A stretch of 64,000 nt of DNA from Acidobacteriota bacterium. GTDB taxonomy: Bacteria; Acidobacteriota; Terriglobia; Bryobacterales; Bryobacteraceae. The stretch is from the NCBI GenBank assembly GCA_016213755.1, contig JACQZT010000200.1, forward strand, positions 2,710 to 66,709, in the 5' to 3' direction. A program made the position numbers and the translations under genes. Positions 54,472 through 63,900 of this stretch are shown here, one piece after another. Under the pieces are notes generated by a model that saw only the letters and a program-made list of their open reading frames with translations, made no database searches and was not told where the DNA came from. Position 1 is the first letter of the stretch. Every line of letters begins with the position of its first letter.

Positions 54472-54521
54472 CAGTCTATTAGACTAGTCTGATCGTAGGG
54501 CAACTATATCCCGGTTGTCAA
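54472..54521 (-). promoter_or_regulatory. Putative vapBC promoter with overlapping palindromic operator
   Basis: Minus strand: TTGACA - 18 nt - TACGAT, followed directly by CAGACTAGTCTAATAGACTGG. That stretch contains AGACT/AGTCT half-sites forming two overlapping palindromes. It lies 12 nt upstream of the vapB ATG. Confidence 0.45.
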
Positions 54522-54570
54522 CCAGATACCCACGGGGGCGCCGGCCTGCCGGGCGGCGGGGCCGGATCTC

Positions 54571-56277
54571 TTATCGCCGAAGCACCAGTTCGCCGCCCAG
54601 AGTGTGCCGCACGGGAACGCGGATGTATTCCGCGCGAGAGAGGGCCGGTTCAGTCCTTCGGTACAGCGAGATGCGCCGCGAAACCGGCGACCCAGCGGCC
54701 TCGGGAACCAAGGTCCAACGGGCGCCGCCGTGTTGCAGCGCCTCGACCAGAACCGCTCGATCCTGTTCCCAGATGACCGCGGAGTTGTCTATGACGACCG
54801 CGTCGACCGGGATCTCTTCGAGAAACCTGGAAACTTCCTCGGCGGTGCGAAGCAGCGGGGTGTAGGCCGCCGGAGTCCACAGGTTGTCACTGATCGTCTT
54901 GGAGGCCCGCAGAACCACGTGCTTCCGGCGGGCGCTCCGCAGGGCCAGCTCGGTGATCAGCGCCCCTTCTCCGTTCGCATCCGAACATACAAAGACGACT
55001 TCATCCCCCGCCGAACTCGAGACCATCTCCGCCACGCGGGCGAAGCCCAGTTCCGGGCGCTTCGGGATTCTCATGGGAGTAAAAACCAGGGCCAGAACGC
55101 ACAGACCGCCCGCCACCAGGTGCTTGGGTATGGAAAGGGGCAACCGGAGAGATATCAGCCCGGCCATCCAGCGGATTCCCGCCGCGGCGAACAGCAGAAA
55201 GAAGGGCCAGGCCATCATCATGTACCGGAGGTCGACCGAAGTCGTGACCAGCGAATGGAAAGAAACAACCGCGACCACGAGGGCGGCGGCCGCGGCCAGG
55301 TCCAGGCACGAATCCTTGCGCCGCGACAGCAGCCGGGCACATTCAACCGTGAAACCAAGCCCTGCCGCCACAAAAAGCCCCGCGCCCAGATTCCGGTAAA
55401 TGCCCGCTCCGTATAACACCAGCGCCCGGGCAACATAGGAAGCGCTAAGCGGCTCCATGGGCACGCTCGAGCTGAGCATTCGGTACGAAAAGATCTGCCA
55501 CGGCAAGCCGAGGCACGCCACGACAAGCGCACTGAGGTACAAGTCCGGACGAAGAAACAAGCGGTAACGGCCAGCCAGCACGACCAGGATGGCCGGCGCC
55601 AGAACCAGAGCGATCGCGTTCGCTTTCGTAAGCAGGGCCAGCGCGGTCGCCAAGCCGAACAGGAGCGCCCAACGGGTCTGTTCGGTCCGAAAGAAACGCA
55701 AAAGCAGCAGCAGCGCCCAAAAGCCCAGCAACGCGACCGGCAGATCGAGCATCACCATGCTGGTCCCGTCCTGCATAACGGGCAGGGCAACCAGCAGCAG
55801 CCCCAAACCAAGAGCGGGCAGATCTCCAAAACCGCGCCGGGCGAACAGGGCTAAAGTGACCGCCAGAAGCGCACACACCAACTCCATCAGGACCAGCAGG
55901 GACACCCGCGGCTCGCCGAACAGCAGAACCCATACCGTCGCGACCACGTAGAAAACCGGAGGCCACATTCCGAGGCCCACCTTGGGATAGCGCACGTAGT
56001 ATTCCTGGGCGAACTGAAACGGCGGCGACGCGAAGCCGGAAACCAGGTAGTCCCGCACCATCAGGGTCGTCGTGACATGAGCGGCCTCGTCGGGCCAATG
56101 GCTCAGTTCACTCTGGTACGCTCCGCTCAAGAACTGGAGGACAAGAACGAAAACGAGAATCGGGAGGAAGAACTTGCCGAACAAGCCCAGTCTGGCCGGC
56201 CATGCCGGGCCACAGACGCCCCTCCAAAGACGCCCGAACCGGCTCGGTTCCGGGCAGGATGAATTCGCCGGCGGCAC
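54571..56277 (-). CDS. GT-C-like polytopic membrane protein (ArnT/PMT_2-like) with C-terminal soluble domain
   Basis: GTG start preceded by GAGG, 6 nt after the stop of the upstream gene. SELSHWPDEAAHVTTTLMVRDYL is the first-loop acidic motif region. About 11 TM segments, then a soluble C-terminal domain of about 170 aa. Confidence 0.7.
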   Translation of the reverse strand: MPPANSSCPEPSRFGRLWRGVCGPAWPARLGLFGKFFLPILVFVLVLQFLSGAYQSELSHWPDEAAHVTTTLMVRDYLVSGFASPPFQFAQEYYVRYPKVGLGMWPPVFYVVATVWVLLFGEPRVSLLVLMELVCALLAVTLALFARRGFGDLPALGLGLLLVALPVMQDGTSMVMLDLPVALLGFWALLLLLRFFRTEQTRWALLFGLATALALLTKANAIALVLAPAILVVLAGRYRLFLRPDLYLSALVVACLGLPWQIFSYRMLSSSVPMEPLSASYVARALVLYGAGIYRNLGAGLFVAAGLGFTVECARLLSRRKDSCLDLAAAAALVVAVVSFHSLVTTSVDLRYMMMAWPFFLLFAAAGIRWMAGLISLRLPLSIPKHLVAGGLCVLALVFTPMRIPKRPELGFARVAEMVSSSAGDEVVFVCSDANGEGALITELALRSARRKHVVLRASKTISDNLWTPAAYTPLLRTAEEVSRFLEEIPVDAVVIDNSAVIWEQDRAVLVEALQHGGARWTLVPEAAGSPVSRRISLYRRTEPALSRAEYIRVPVRHTLGGELVLRR

Positions 56278-56283
56278 GCAACC

Positions 56284-57798
56284 TCACTTTTCCTCGTGGT
56301 ATTCCTTTTCGGTGTTGAGCGACCACAGCGCATCCGGATCGCGCGACCCGCTCGCGATCTGGTCCACGGCCAGCATGGCGGTCAGCATCGAGTGGTCCTG
56401 ATTGTTGTAACGATGCATGCCGTTGCGTCCGACGAGGTACAGGTTCCGGAACTGCCGGCTCCACTCGATCAGTTCCGGAAAGCGCCGGTATGCGCCGAAG
56501 TAAGCGGGATAGGCTTTCGGCATGCGGATGACGGTTGCGTCCAGCACGTCCGCCGGATCGGCGATATCGATCGCCGCCAGCTCACGCTTGGCCAGCTCGA
56601 TCAGGTCCGCGTCGCCGCGGCTCCAGAGGGCGTCGCCCTCGTTGCAGAAGTACTCCAGGCCGACCCAGGTGGTGGCGGGATCCGCCACCATGTACGGGCT
56701 CCAGTTGTTGAAGATCTGGAGGCGGCCCACCTGCACCTCGGGTTCCTGGATGTAGATCCAGTTATCGCGAACCGGCTCCGGGCCGCGAGGGGTGCGGTTC
56801 TTCAACTTCAGATCCCGGCACAGAACGCCGACCGTGAGGAAGTCCCGGTACATCAGGCCCTCGCCGATCTCGCGGACGGGGGCCGGCGCGGGCGGCTCGA
56901 TCGCCGCCACCAGTTCCTGCACGGGCATGGTCGAGAAGAAGAAGTCGCCCGCGAAACGGTGGCTCTCGCCGGTTTCGGTTTGCGCCGCCCGCACCGCCAG
57001 GACCCGTCCCGCGCCGTCGTGCTCGACTCCGTCCACGTTCCAGTGGGTCAGGATCTCGCCGCCGCGCGCGGTCACCCTCCGGGCCACCTCTTCCCACATC
57101 TGCCCGGGGCCGAACTTGGGATACAAGAAGCGCTCGATCAGCGAAGTCTCGGTTCCCTTCTGAGCCACGTCGCCGCCGCCCCGGCCCTTCTTGAGCATGT
57201 GCGCAATCGCCCGCCCGATGGATAGCCCCTTGATGCGTTGCGCGCCCCACTCGGCGCCGATCTCGCGGCACGGAACGCCCCAGACCTTTTCGGTGTAATC
57301 GCGAAAGAAGGTCTCGTAAAGCTCCCGCCCGAAGCGGTTGATGAAGAAGTCCTCCAGGCTCTTTTCCGGCCGCAAGGGAAAGAGCATCGACCACAGGTAG
57401 CTCGCGCCCGCCCGCGCGGTTCTCCGCAGGCCGAGCTTCAGTATCGTCTCCGCGCTCAGGCTGAGCGGGTAAGAAAAAAACTTCCGCAGGTAGTAGATTC
57501 GCGACAGCCGGTTGCGCACTAGGAAGACCAAGTCGGAGGTCGCCGGATCGGGTGCGTCGCGGGTCCCCTCGACCGGCAAAACATCCTGCCACCAGCGCAT
57601 GACGCGATCGGACTTGGAGAAGAATCGATGGCCGCCGATGTCGATCCGGTTGCCCTTGTAGTTCACGGTGCGGGAAATCCCGCCCATGAAGCCGCTTTTT
57701 TCGAGGACCACGGGCCGGATATCCGTCCGGACAGACAGCTCATGCGCCGCCGTCAATCCGGCCGGACCCGCGCCGACGATGATCGCGCATCTGGACAT
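56284..57798 (-). CDS. FAD/NAD(P)-binding oxidoreductase (amine-oxidase / UDP-galactopyranose-mutase-like fold)
   Basis: [17 protein letters not shown]...[15 protein letters not shown]...IDIGGHRFF is a dinucleotide-binding GxGxxG motif with the following beta-alpha-beta extension. Confidence 0.8.
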   Translation of the reverse strand: MSRCAIIVGAGPAGLTAAHELSVRTDIRPVVLEKSGFMGGISRTVNYKGNRIDIGGHRFFSKSDRVMRWWQDVLPVEGTRDAPDPATSDLVFLVRNRLSRIYYLRKFFSYPLSLSAETILKLGLRRTARAGASYLWSMLFPLRPEKSLEDFFINRFGRELYETFFRDYTEKVWGVPCREIGAEWGAQRIKGLSIGRAIAHMLKKGRGGGDVAQKGTETSLIERFLYPKFGPGQMWEEVARRVTARGGEILTHWNVDGVEHDGAGRVLAVRAAQTETGESHRFAGDFFFSTMPVQELVAAIEPPAPAPVREIGEGLMYRDFLTVGVLCRDLKLKNRTPRGPEPVRDNWIYIQEPEVQVGRLQIFNNWSPYMVADPATTWVGLEYFCNEGDALWSRGDADLIELAKRELAAIDIADPADVLDATVIRMPKAYPAYFGAYRRFPELIEWSRQFRNLYLVGRNGMHRYNNQDHSMLTAMLAVDQIASGSRDPDALWSLNTEKEYHEEK

Positions 57799-57807
57799 GC
57801 CCGCTCG

Positions 57808-58548
57808 TCACGGCCAGTATTGCCACTGGCCGTACAGCACTACATAGGCCGACAGCGCGGCATTGGTCACGGCGTGCGCCAGGATGCAGTCGCCCAGGCG
57901 CCTGGTCCGGATCATCCACCAGTTGTAGGCCACCCCGGCGATCAGACCCACCTCCCAGTAGGAGCCGTGCTCCATCGCGAACAGGATCGCCGTCCACCAG
58001 AAGGAGCGCCGCGTGTAAGCGCCCAGCGGCACAGACTGGAAATCCGGATGCACCAGCCAGCGCATCAGCCATCCGCGCCAGAACAGCTCTTCCACCACGG
58101 GTACGATCACCACCGCGCGCAGAAGGCGAAAGACGATGAACATTCCGCTCTCGCTGAGGATTCGGTTGTGGGGATTGGCGGCCGAGCCTAGCAGCCGGTT
58201 GTCAAACAGCCAGTGCTGGCGGTAGCCGGGCCACAACAGATCCGGCGCAATCCACAGCGCGAACACCACCAGGCCCAGGGCGACCGTCGCCGCCGGCGAG
58301 GCCATTCTCAGGTCCACTACCCGCCGTGAAACCAGCAGCAGGACCGCGCCCAAAGCCGCGAACCGAAGCGGCGCCTGCCAGGCCTCCAGGAAGAGCAGGT
58401 AGTCCTGCAAACTTAGCAGCAGAAGGAAAAGCGCGAAAGGCGCCACGTAGGGAAACGCAGGATGCCGCCATAGGCGTTCCACGCCGCCGAGCGGCCATCG
58501 CCGGGGAGTGAGCTTCGATGCGGAGGGCACGAGTCCTGGGTCCGTCAC
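57808..58548 (-). CDS. CPBP-family intramembrane glutamic endopeptidase (CAAX-protease-related; resembles the PEP-CTERM-associated TIGR03008 type)
   Basis: VVEELFWRGW (EExxxR motif), FAMEHGS and HAVTNAAL (conserved His motifs). GTG start overlapping the upstream stop codon (GTGA). Confidence 0.8.
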   Translation of the reverse strand: MTDPGLVPSASKLTPRRWPLGGVERLWRHPAFPYVAPFALFLLLLSLQDYLLFLEAWQAPLRFAALGAVLLLVSRRVVDLRMASPAATVALGLVVFALWIAPDLLWPGYRQHWLFDNRLLGSAANPHNRILSESGMFIVFRLLRAVVIVPVVEELFWRGWLMRWLVHPDFQSVPLGAYTRRSFWWTAILFAMEHGSYWEVGLIAGVAYNWWMIRTRRLGDCILAHAVTNAALSAYVVLYGQWQYWP

Positions 58549-60857
58549 CCGATGCGGGCCATCAGGTCCTTGATCTTGATCTCGTCCTCCTTGGCGGGCT
58601 TGCTCTTTAGCGCCGTTTCCAGTTCCTTCTTCGCCCTCGGCTTGTCCCCCTTCTGGAACAACGCCATCGCGAGGTGGTAACGGAAGATCGGGTTGCCCGG
58701 ATGCTTGAGCAGCAGCTCCTGGAAGATCTGAATCGCGTTGTCGCTCAGGTTCTTCTTGATGTAGATCCAGCCCAGGGTATCGGAGACATTGGGATCCTGC
58801 GGGAGCTTCTGCTTGGCCCGCTGAGCCAGAGTCAGCGCCTGGTCCAGGTCCGCCCCCGACTCGGCCAGAATGAAGGCCAGGTTATTGAGCGCGATCGGGT
58901 TGTCCGGCTGCACCTTCAGCACTCTCTCGTACATCGGCTTGGCTTCCTGGCGCCGGCCGGAAGCCTCCAGCAGCAGCGCATACTGAACATTGATCATGGG
59001 ATCGGCGGGTTTAATCTCCTGGGCCTTTTGGGTGGCCTCAATGGCCGCCGAAATGTTGCCCGCGCGGCGAAGGGTCTCTCCCAGGCGCAGGTGAACATCG
59101 TCCCGCTTGGGATATTTGACCAGCAACGTCCTGTAGTGGCCGATGGCCGCATCGAGCTTTCCCGCGCGTACGCACGTATTGGCCAAGTACAGACGCAGCT
59201 CCGGCCGGTCCGGGTTCCTCTCCAGCTCGCCTTCCAGCATCTTAATGGCGCCGTCAAACTGCAATTGCGCGATTTGAACCTCCACCAGCCCCATCAAACC
59301 GCGCGGGTCCGGAGGAGACATCTGGTTCAGGCGCCGGAACTCCTCTTCCGCCGTCCGGTACTGCTTGTCGGAGAAGTTGAGCATGGCCATCTGGAACTGG
59401 GCGTCGCGGGAACTGGGCTGCACCTTGAGCGTAGCCTGCAGCTCGTCGCGGGCACGGGACTTGTCGCCCATCCCGATGAGCGCGCTGGAGCGAATCAGCT
59501 TGGCCGTGAGGTTGCCCGGATCGACGGTCAGAACTTTGTCCGCACCCTGCAACGCCGACGAGAAATCGCCCTTGCTCAAGTCGAGTTGAGCCAGCGCCAG
59601 GCGGGGCGGAACGTAGTCCGGCCGCAACCGTACCGCCTCCTGGAACTGCATCCGCGCCTGTTCGACATCCCCCTTTGCCAGGTGCGCCCGGCCCGACTCG
59701 AAGCGCAAAACGAAGTTCTGCGGCGAGCGGCGGATCACGCTCTGCAAATCGTTAATCGCCGACTGGATCTGCTCGGGGTTGCCCGTTTGCAAGCGCAGGG
59801 AAGCGCGCATGCTCAGCGCCTTGTCGTTGCCGGAGTCCTCCTTCAGGACCGAGTCCAGCAATTGGGCCGCTTCGGTCTTCTTGTTGTTGAAAGCCAGCAC
59901 TTCCGCCGTCGCCACGCGGTACTGTATCCGGTCTTTGGGGGACGCACGTTCCCCAAGCTGGTATTGCTGAATCGCCTGATCGAACTCGCGGATGCGGAAG
60001 TAGAACTCGCCGGCCATGCCGTAGCCCTTCGGAAAGTCCTTGGGATTGGCGACAATCTGGTCCAGCACCCGGACCATGTCCGGGCGCCGCTGCTGAGAGT
60101 AGTAGTGCACCGCCAGTTGCAAGCGGAACGCGCCCTCCTTCGGGTTGTTCGCCACCTTCTGCTTCAGAACTTCCTCGGCCGCCGCGGGCTGATTGGAGCG
60201 CATGTAGTAGACCACCAGCAGGTCGTACATCTGGGCGAAGGTCTTATCCTTCTGGATCATGGCCTTGGCTGTCTGTTCGGCCTCCGCGTTCTGACCGTCG
60301 GTCAGCAGGACCTCCACCAACGGCAGGGTCGCCTCCCGGGTCAGCGGCTGCACCTGGTTCGCCGCGCGGAGGACCTCTACGGCCTCTTTCAGTTTCTGTT
60401 CCAGAACCAGTTGCAGACCGCGGATGCGCAGGCCCTGAAACGATTTTGGATCCGTCTTCAGCAAACCGTTCGCGATATCCCGGATTTCGTTCAGGATCCC
60501 GGCCGGCCGCCGCCGGTCCGAGGAGAAAGCGAAAATGAGGAAGTCGGCCAGCTTGGCATGCGCATCGATGTTCTTGGGGTCCAGTTCCATGCTGCGCCGC
60601 AGCGCGCGAATCGCTTCTTGATAGCGCTGCAACTGCATTTCCGTCAGACCCAGCCGGTAGTAAGCTTCGCCAAACTTGAGGTCCTTCTGGATGGCCCGGC
60701 GGTACATGATGGAAGCTTCCTTGTACTTCCCGTTCTTGAAGTACTTGTTGCCGGTCTCCAAATACCTGCGTTTGGCGGCCTCGGGACTGAAGTTGCAGCC
60801 CGAAACCAGCAGGGCCAGAAGAACCGGCAAGCAGAATAGGAGCTTATGTCGTCGCAT
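58545..60857 (-). CDS. TPR-repeat lipoprotein (PrsT-like, resembling the PEP-CTERM-system TPR lipoprotein)
   Basis: GAGGGA RBS. Lipobox LLVSGC. TPR repeats run through essentially all 770 aa. Lower GC than its neighbours by eye. Confidence 0.8.
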   Translation of the reverse strand: MRRHKLLFCLPVLLALLVSGCNFSPEAAKRRYLETGNKYFKNGKYKEASIMYRRAIQKDLKFGEAYYRLGLTEMQLQRYQEAIRALRRSMELDPKNIDAHAKLADFLIFAFSSDRRRPAGILNEIRDIANGLLKTDPKSFQGLRIRGLQLVLEQKLKEAVEVLRAANQVQPLTREATLPLVEVLLTDGQNAEAEQTAKAMIQKDKTFAQMYDLLVVYYMRSNQPAAAEEVLKQKVANNPKEGAFRLQLAVHYYSQQRRPDMVRVLDQIVANPKDFPKGYGMAGEFYFRIREFDQAIQQYQLGERASPKDRIQYRVATAEVLAFNNKKTEAAQLLDSVLKEDSGNDKALSMRASLRLQTGNPEQIQSAINDLQSVIRRSPQNFVLRFESGRAHLAKGDVEQARMQFQEAVRLRPDYVPPRLALAQLDLSKGDFSSALQGADKVLTVDPGNLTAKLIRSSALIGMGDKSRARDELQATLKVQPSSRDAQFQMAMLNFSDKQYRTAEEEFRRLNQMSPPDPRGLMGLVEVQIAQLQFDGAIKMLEGELERNPDRPELRLYLANTCVRAGKLDAAIGHYRTLLVKYPKRDDVHLRLGETLRRAGNISAAIEATQKAQEIKPADPMINVQYALLLEASGRRQEAKPMYERVLKVQPDNPIALNNLAFILAESGADLDQALTLAQRAKQKLPQDPNVSDTLGWIYIKKNLSDNAIQIFQELLLKHPGNPIFRYHLAMALFQKGDKPRAKKELETALKSKPAKEDEIKIKDLMARIG

Positions 60858-60907
60858 GGAGTGATCCCTCGTTCCGTTCGGCCATTGAAGATTACTTCAT
60901 CACAGTT

Positions 60908-60942
60908 CGGCGCGCGGGCGCAATAAGTTTCCCCGCGCGCCG
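60908..60942 (-). terminator. GC-rich hairpin after the large Soli_cterm gene
   Basis: CGGCGCGCGGG-(13-nt loop)-CCCGCGCGCCG. There is no T-tract. Confidence 0.3.
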
Positions 60943-60959
60943 GCCGTTTGCCACGACTT

Positions 60960-63900
60960 CTATTCTAGCGAAACCGTGGGACGAACCGGCGTGTTGGAGG
61001 GAGAGTCCACGCCGCCCACCCGGATCGTGACGGGCTGTTCGCCCTTGAGCCGGTACCAGGGAACGTAAACGTTGATCTGGTAGATCCCCACCGAGCCCGG
61101 GACCAGGCCGCTCCATTCGACCGACATCTGGGATTCCCGCACCTTTGGGTCTCCGAAGAAGACCAGGACCGGCTCGGTAACCGCGGGCGGCGCCGCGGGG
61201 GTTGGTGTGCCGGAAACGATTCTGGCGCCCTTGGTGGCGCCCAGACCGGTGGCATAGATCGCCAGGCGCTGGTCGCGATTGGCCGGAGCGCTCTTGCCGA
61301 CCAGGCGCCCGTCCTCGTGGTAAATCGCGGCCTGCTTGGTTTCCGGATCCACGAAGACCGCCGGCGCGTACTTGGTCAGAGTGACTTGCGTCGTTTGCGC
61401 CGCGGCTTTTCGGTCGATCGACCGCACCACCATGGCGAACCGGCCGGCCGCCAGTTCCGGGGGAATCTGCGCATTGATCTGCTGCGGCGAAGTCATCGTC
61501 AGCGGCATCGGGCGGCTGCCCAGCGTCACGCACACGCCGCCCAGAACCGTGGGCAGGGGCGTCGAATCCGCCGCGGCCGCCGAGGCCAGGTTGCGTCCGA
61601 AAACCGAGGCCAGCCCGCCCGGCGCCAGCCCGGGGACGAAGCTGGCTAGGTTGACCACGCCGTCCCGGTTCACCACTGGCCGTTCGGCCGCCGTAACCGC
61701 CTCCAGCGGAATGATGCTCAGACCGCTGGCGGTCAGAGCGTAGGCCACGGTCCCGGAGGGGTCCACCGCCAAGGTCCGCCCGACCATGTTCACCCGCTGG
61801 GTGCCGACCTGCACCGAGAGAGGCCCCTCAATGGTCGAAACCGAGCGCATGGTCTGGCCGCTGTTCACATCCACCAGTTCCACCGCGGGAGGCTCGCTCA
61901 CCAGCACATTCGCCGCGGCCACCACGGGCTGCACAAAACGCGCAAACAGGGTCGCACCTGCCGCCGCCACCGCCGACACCGGCCGGTTGAACTGCTGCGG
62001 CGTCTGGTTGCCCCGGCCGGGAATCGTCACCATGGTCGAGCCCGCGTTGGCCGTCGGCGTCAGGGATTGGTTCAACACCAGGCCGTTCACCAGGAAGTAG
62101 TTGCCCCGGGGGCCCGCCCCCACCGGGCCATAATAGCCTTGGATCGGCGGGGTGATCACCTGCCGGCGCTGCACGAATTCATCCGCCAGCGAGTCGTACA
62201 GCAGGGCATAACCGTTGCCGTCCAGCAGCAGCGCGTATTCGCCGTTGGGCGTGGCCACCATGGTGCGCGGCGCCGGCACCGTGCTGCTGCCCACCAGCGG
62301 GCTGATGGCGCGCGGCAGGGCGACGTCGCCGATGGTCTTCCACAGCGTGCCGTTGGACATCACGATCTGCACTCCCCGCTGGGTGGCGGCCACCACGCTG
62401 GGGTTGAGCACGCCCAAGCCGGAGTTGAAGGGGATCGGCGGAAAGCGGATCTTGCGGATCTCCGCCATCCGGTCCAGGTCCACCACGCTGATGTACTCGC
62501 CCCCGGTGTTCCCCACGTAGAGCGTGTTGCCGTCCGGGGCCAGCGCGATGGATCGCGGCAGTTGCCCGACCTTGATGGGGGCCAGCAGGGCCTTGCTTCG
62601 CATATCGAAAACCTCGATGCGGTTCATCCCCGAATTCGAGATGTACAGCCGCTGGCGGTTGTTGTCCGGCACCAGATCGACCGGCCCTTCATTCGGCGAG
62701 ATGGCCACCTGCAACGGCACGATATCGGCCCGCGCCTCGGCGTCGCGGTTGTTCTGAAACACGCGCACGCTCGGAATCACGTTCACCGCCTCGGCCGATT
62801 GCACCAGAAAGTCGTGCGGCGTTACCGTCCCCAGCGCGCGCGCCGCCATGGGATTGTAATCGAAGGTGATCTCCGAACCGTCCGGAGAAGGCCGCGACTG
62901 CACCCGCGGCGCCGTCTGAGTGACCTGTGCCTGCTGCTGCGTCTGACCGGCGGGCAAAGCTCCCACAATCGGCTGCAAGACGATGGGAATGGTGATGCCT
63001 GGCGCGCCTCCGCCCGGCCCTCCGGCGCCGCCCAAGCCAGGGACGGCGAGGTTCTGCACCGGCGCCTGCAAAAGGATCGCCGAAGCGGTCATCCGCCCGC
63101 GTCCCTCGTTGCGCACGGTCACCTTCTGGGAACGGATCGGCGCCGTCACTCCGCACTGGTCGTTGGCCAGCAACTGAATGCGGTTGTCCGACGCCGCGAT
63201 GGGACTTTGGTACAGTTGCCCCAGAGGCAGGATCATGAAACCCGATTCCGACAGCGCGAAAACAGTAGCTCCGTCGCTGGTGACGACCATCTTCCCGGCC
63301 GCGTTCTCGGGCAGTTGCAGCGCCAGCCGGATGAACATGTTGTCCGGGTCGTCGATGTAAAACTGGCTGATGTTAGCTCGCGCGGGCGGATTCTGCACCG
63401 GTGCGATGTTGAAGGCGGCGAACAGCGCGGAGCCGTCCGGCGCGAAAACGCTCCCGCCCTGGTTTTGCTGGGCATTGAACTGCGCGGCCACCTGGTTGAG
63501 GCCCTGCGCGGTCGTGTTGGTGGACAGCGGGAACTGCGCGTTGGCGGCATTCTGCTGCGCCAGCACCGTCAGCGTTTCGGTTTCAAACAGCGTCAGCCCG
63601 GCCATGAACTTCGATCCTTCGGGCGAGATCGAAAGCACCGTGGATAGTCCGGTCACGGTGCGGCTGCGGGTCACGGTGCCGGAGGCCGTCTCGTACACGA
63701 AAACCGCCCGCGCGTTGTTGTTCGGAGCGTTCAGGCCGATGATGCGGTCGCCGTCCCGGGTGGCGATCAACTGGCTGCGGCCGGCCAGGAACGGGCGGCC
63801 CGACAGGGGCGGCAACTGCGGCGGCATGGGGGTGGGCGGAGTGATGACCACGTTGCCCAGGGCGTTGCTGTCGGTGGCGTTTGGATCCCAGAGCAGGAGC

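Noticed and set aside
54216-54503. N-terminal extension of the VapC ORF (53814..54503)
   Set aside because: It overlaps the Phd/YefM antitoxin gene out of frame. The PIN domain begins at MPFVLDAS (ATG at 54215).
58674-60839. 721-aa plus-strand ORF
   Set aside because: It is antisense to the TPR lipoprotein gene, whose frame shows a lipobox and regular TPR repeats.
62067-63647. 526-aa plus-strand ORF
   Set aside because: It is antisense to the Soli_cterm beta-propeller gene.
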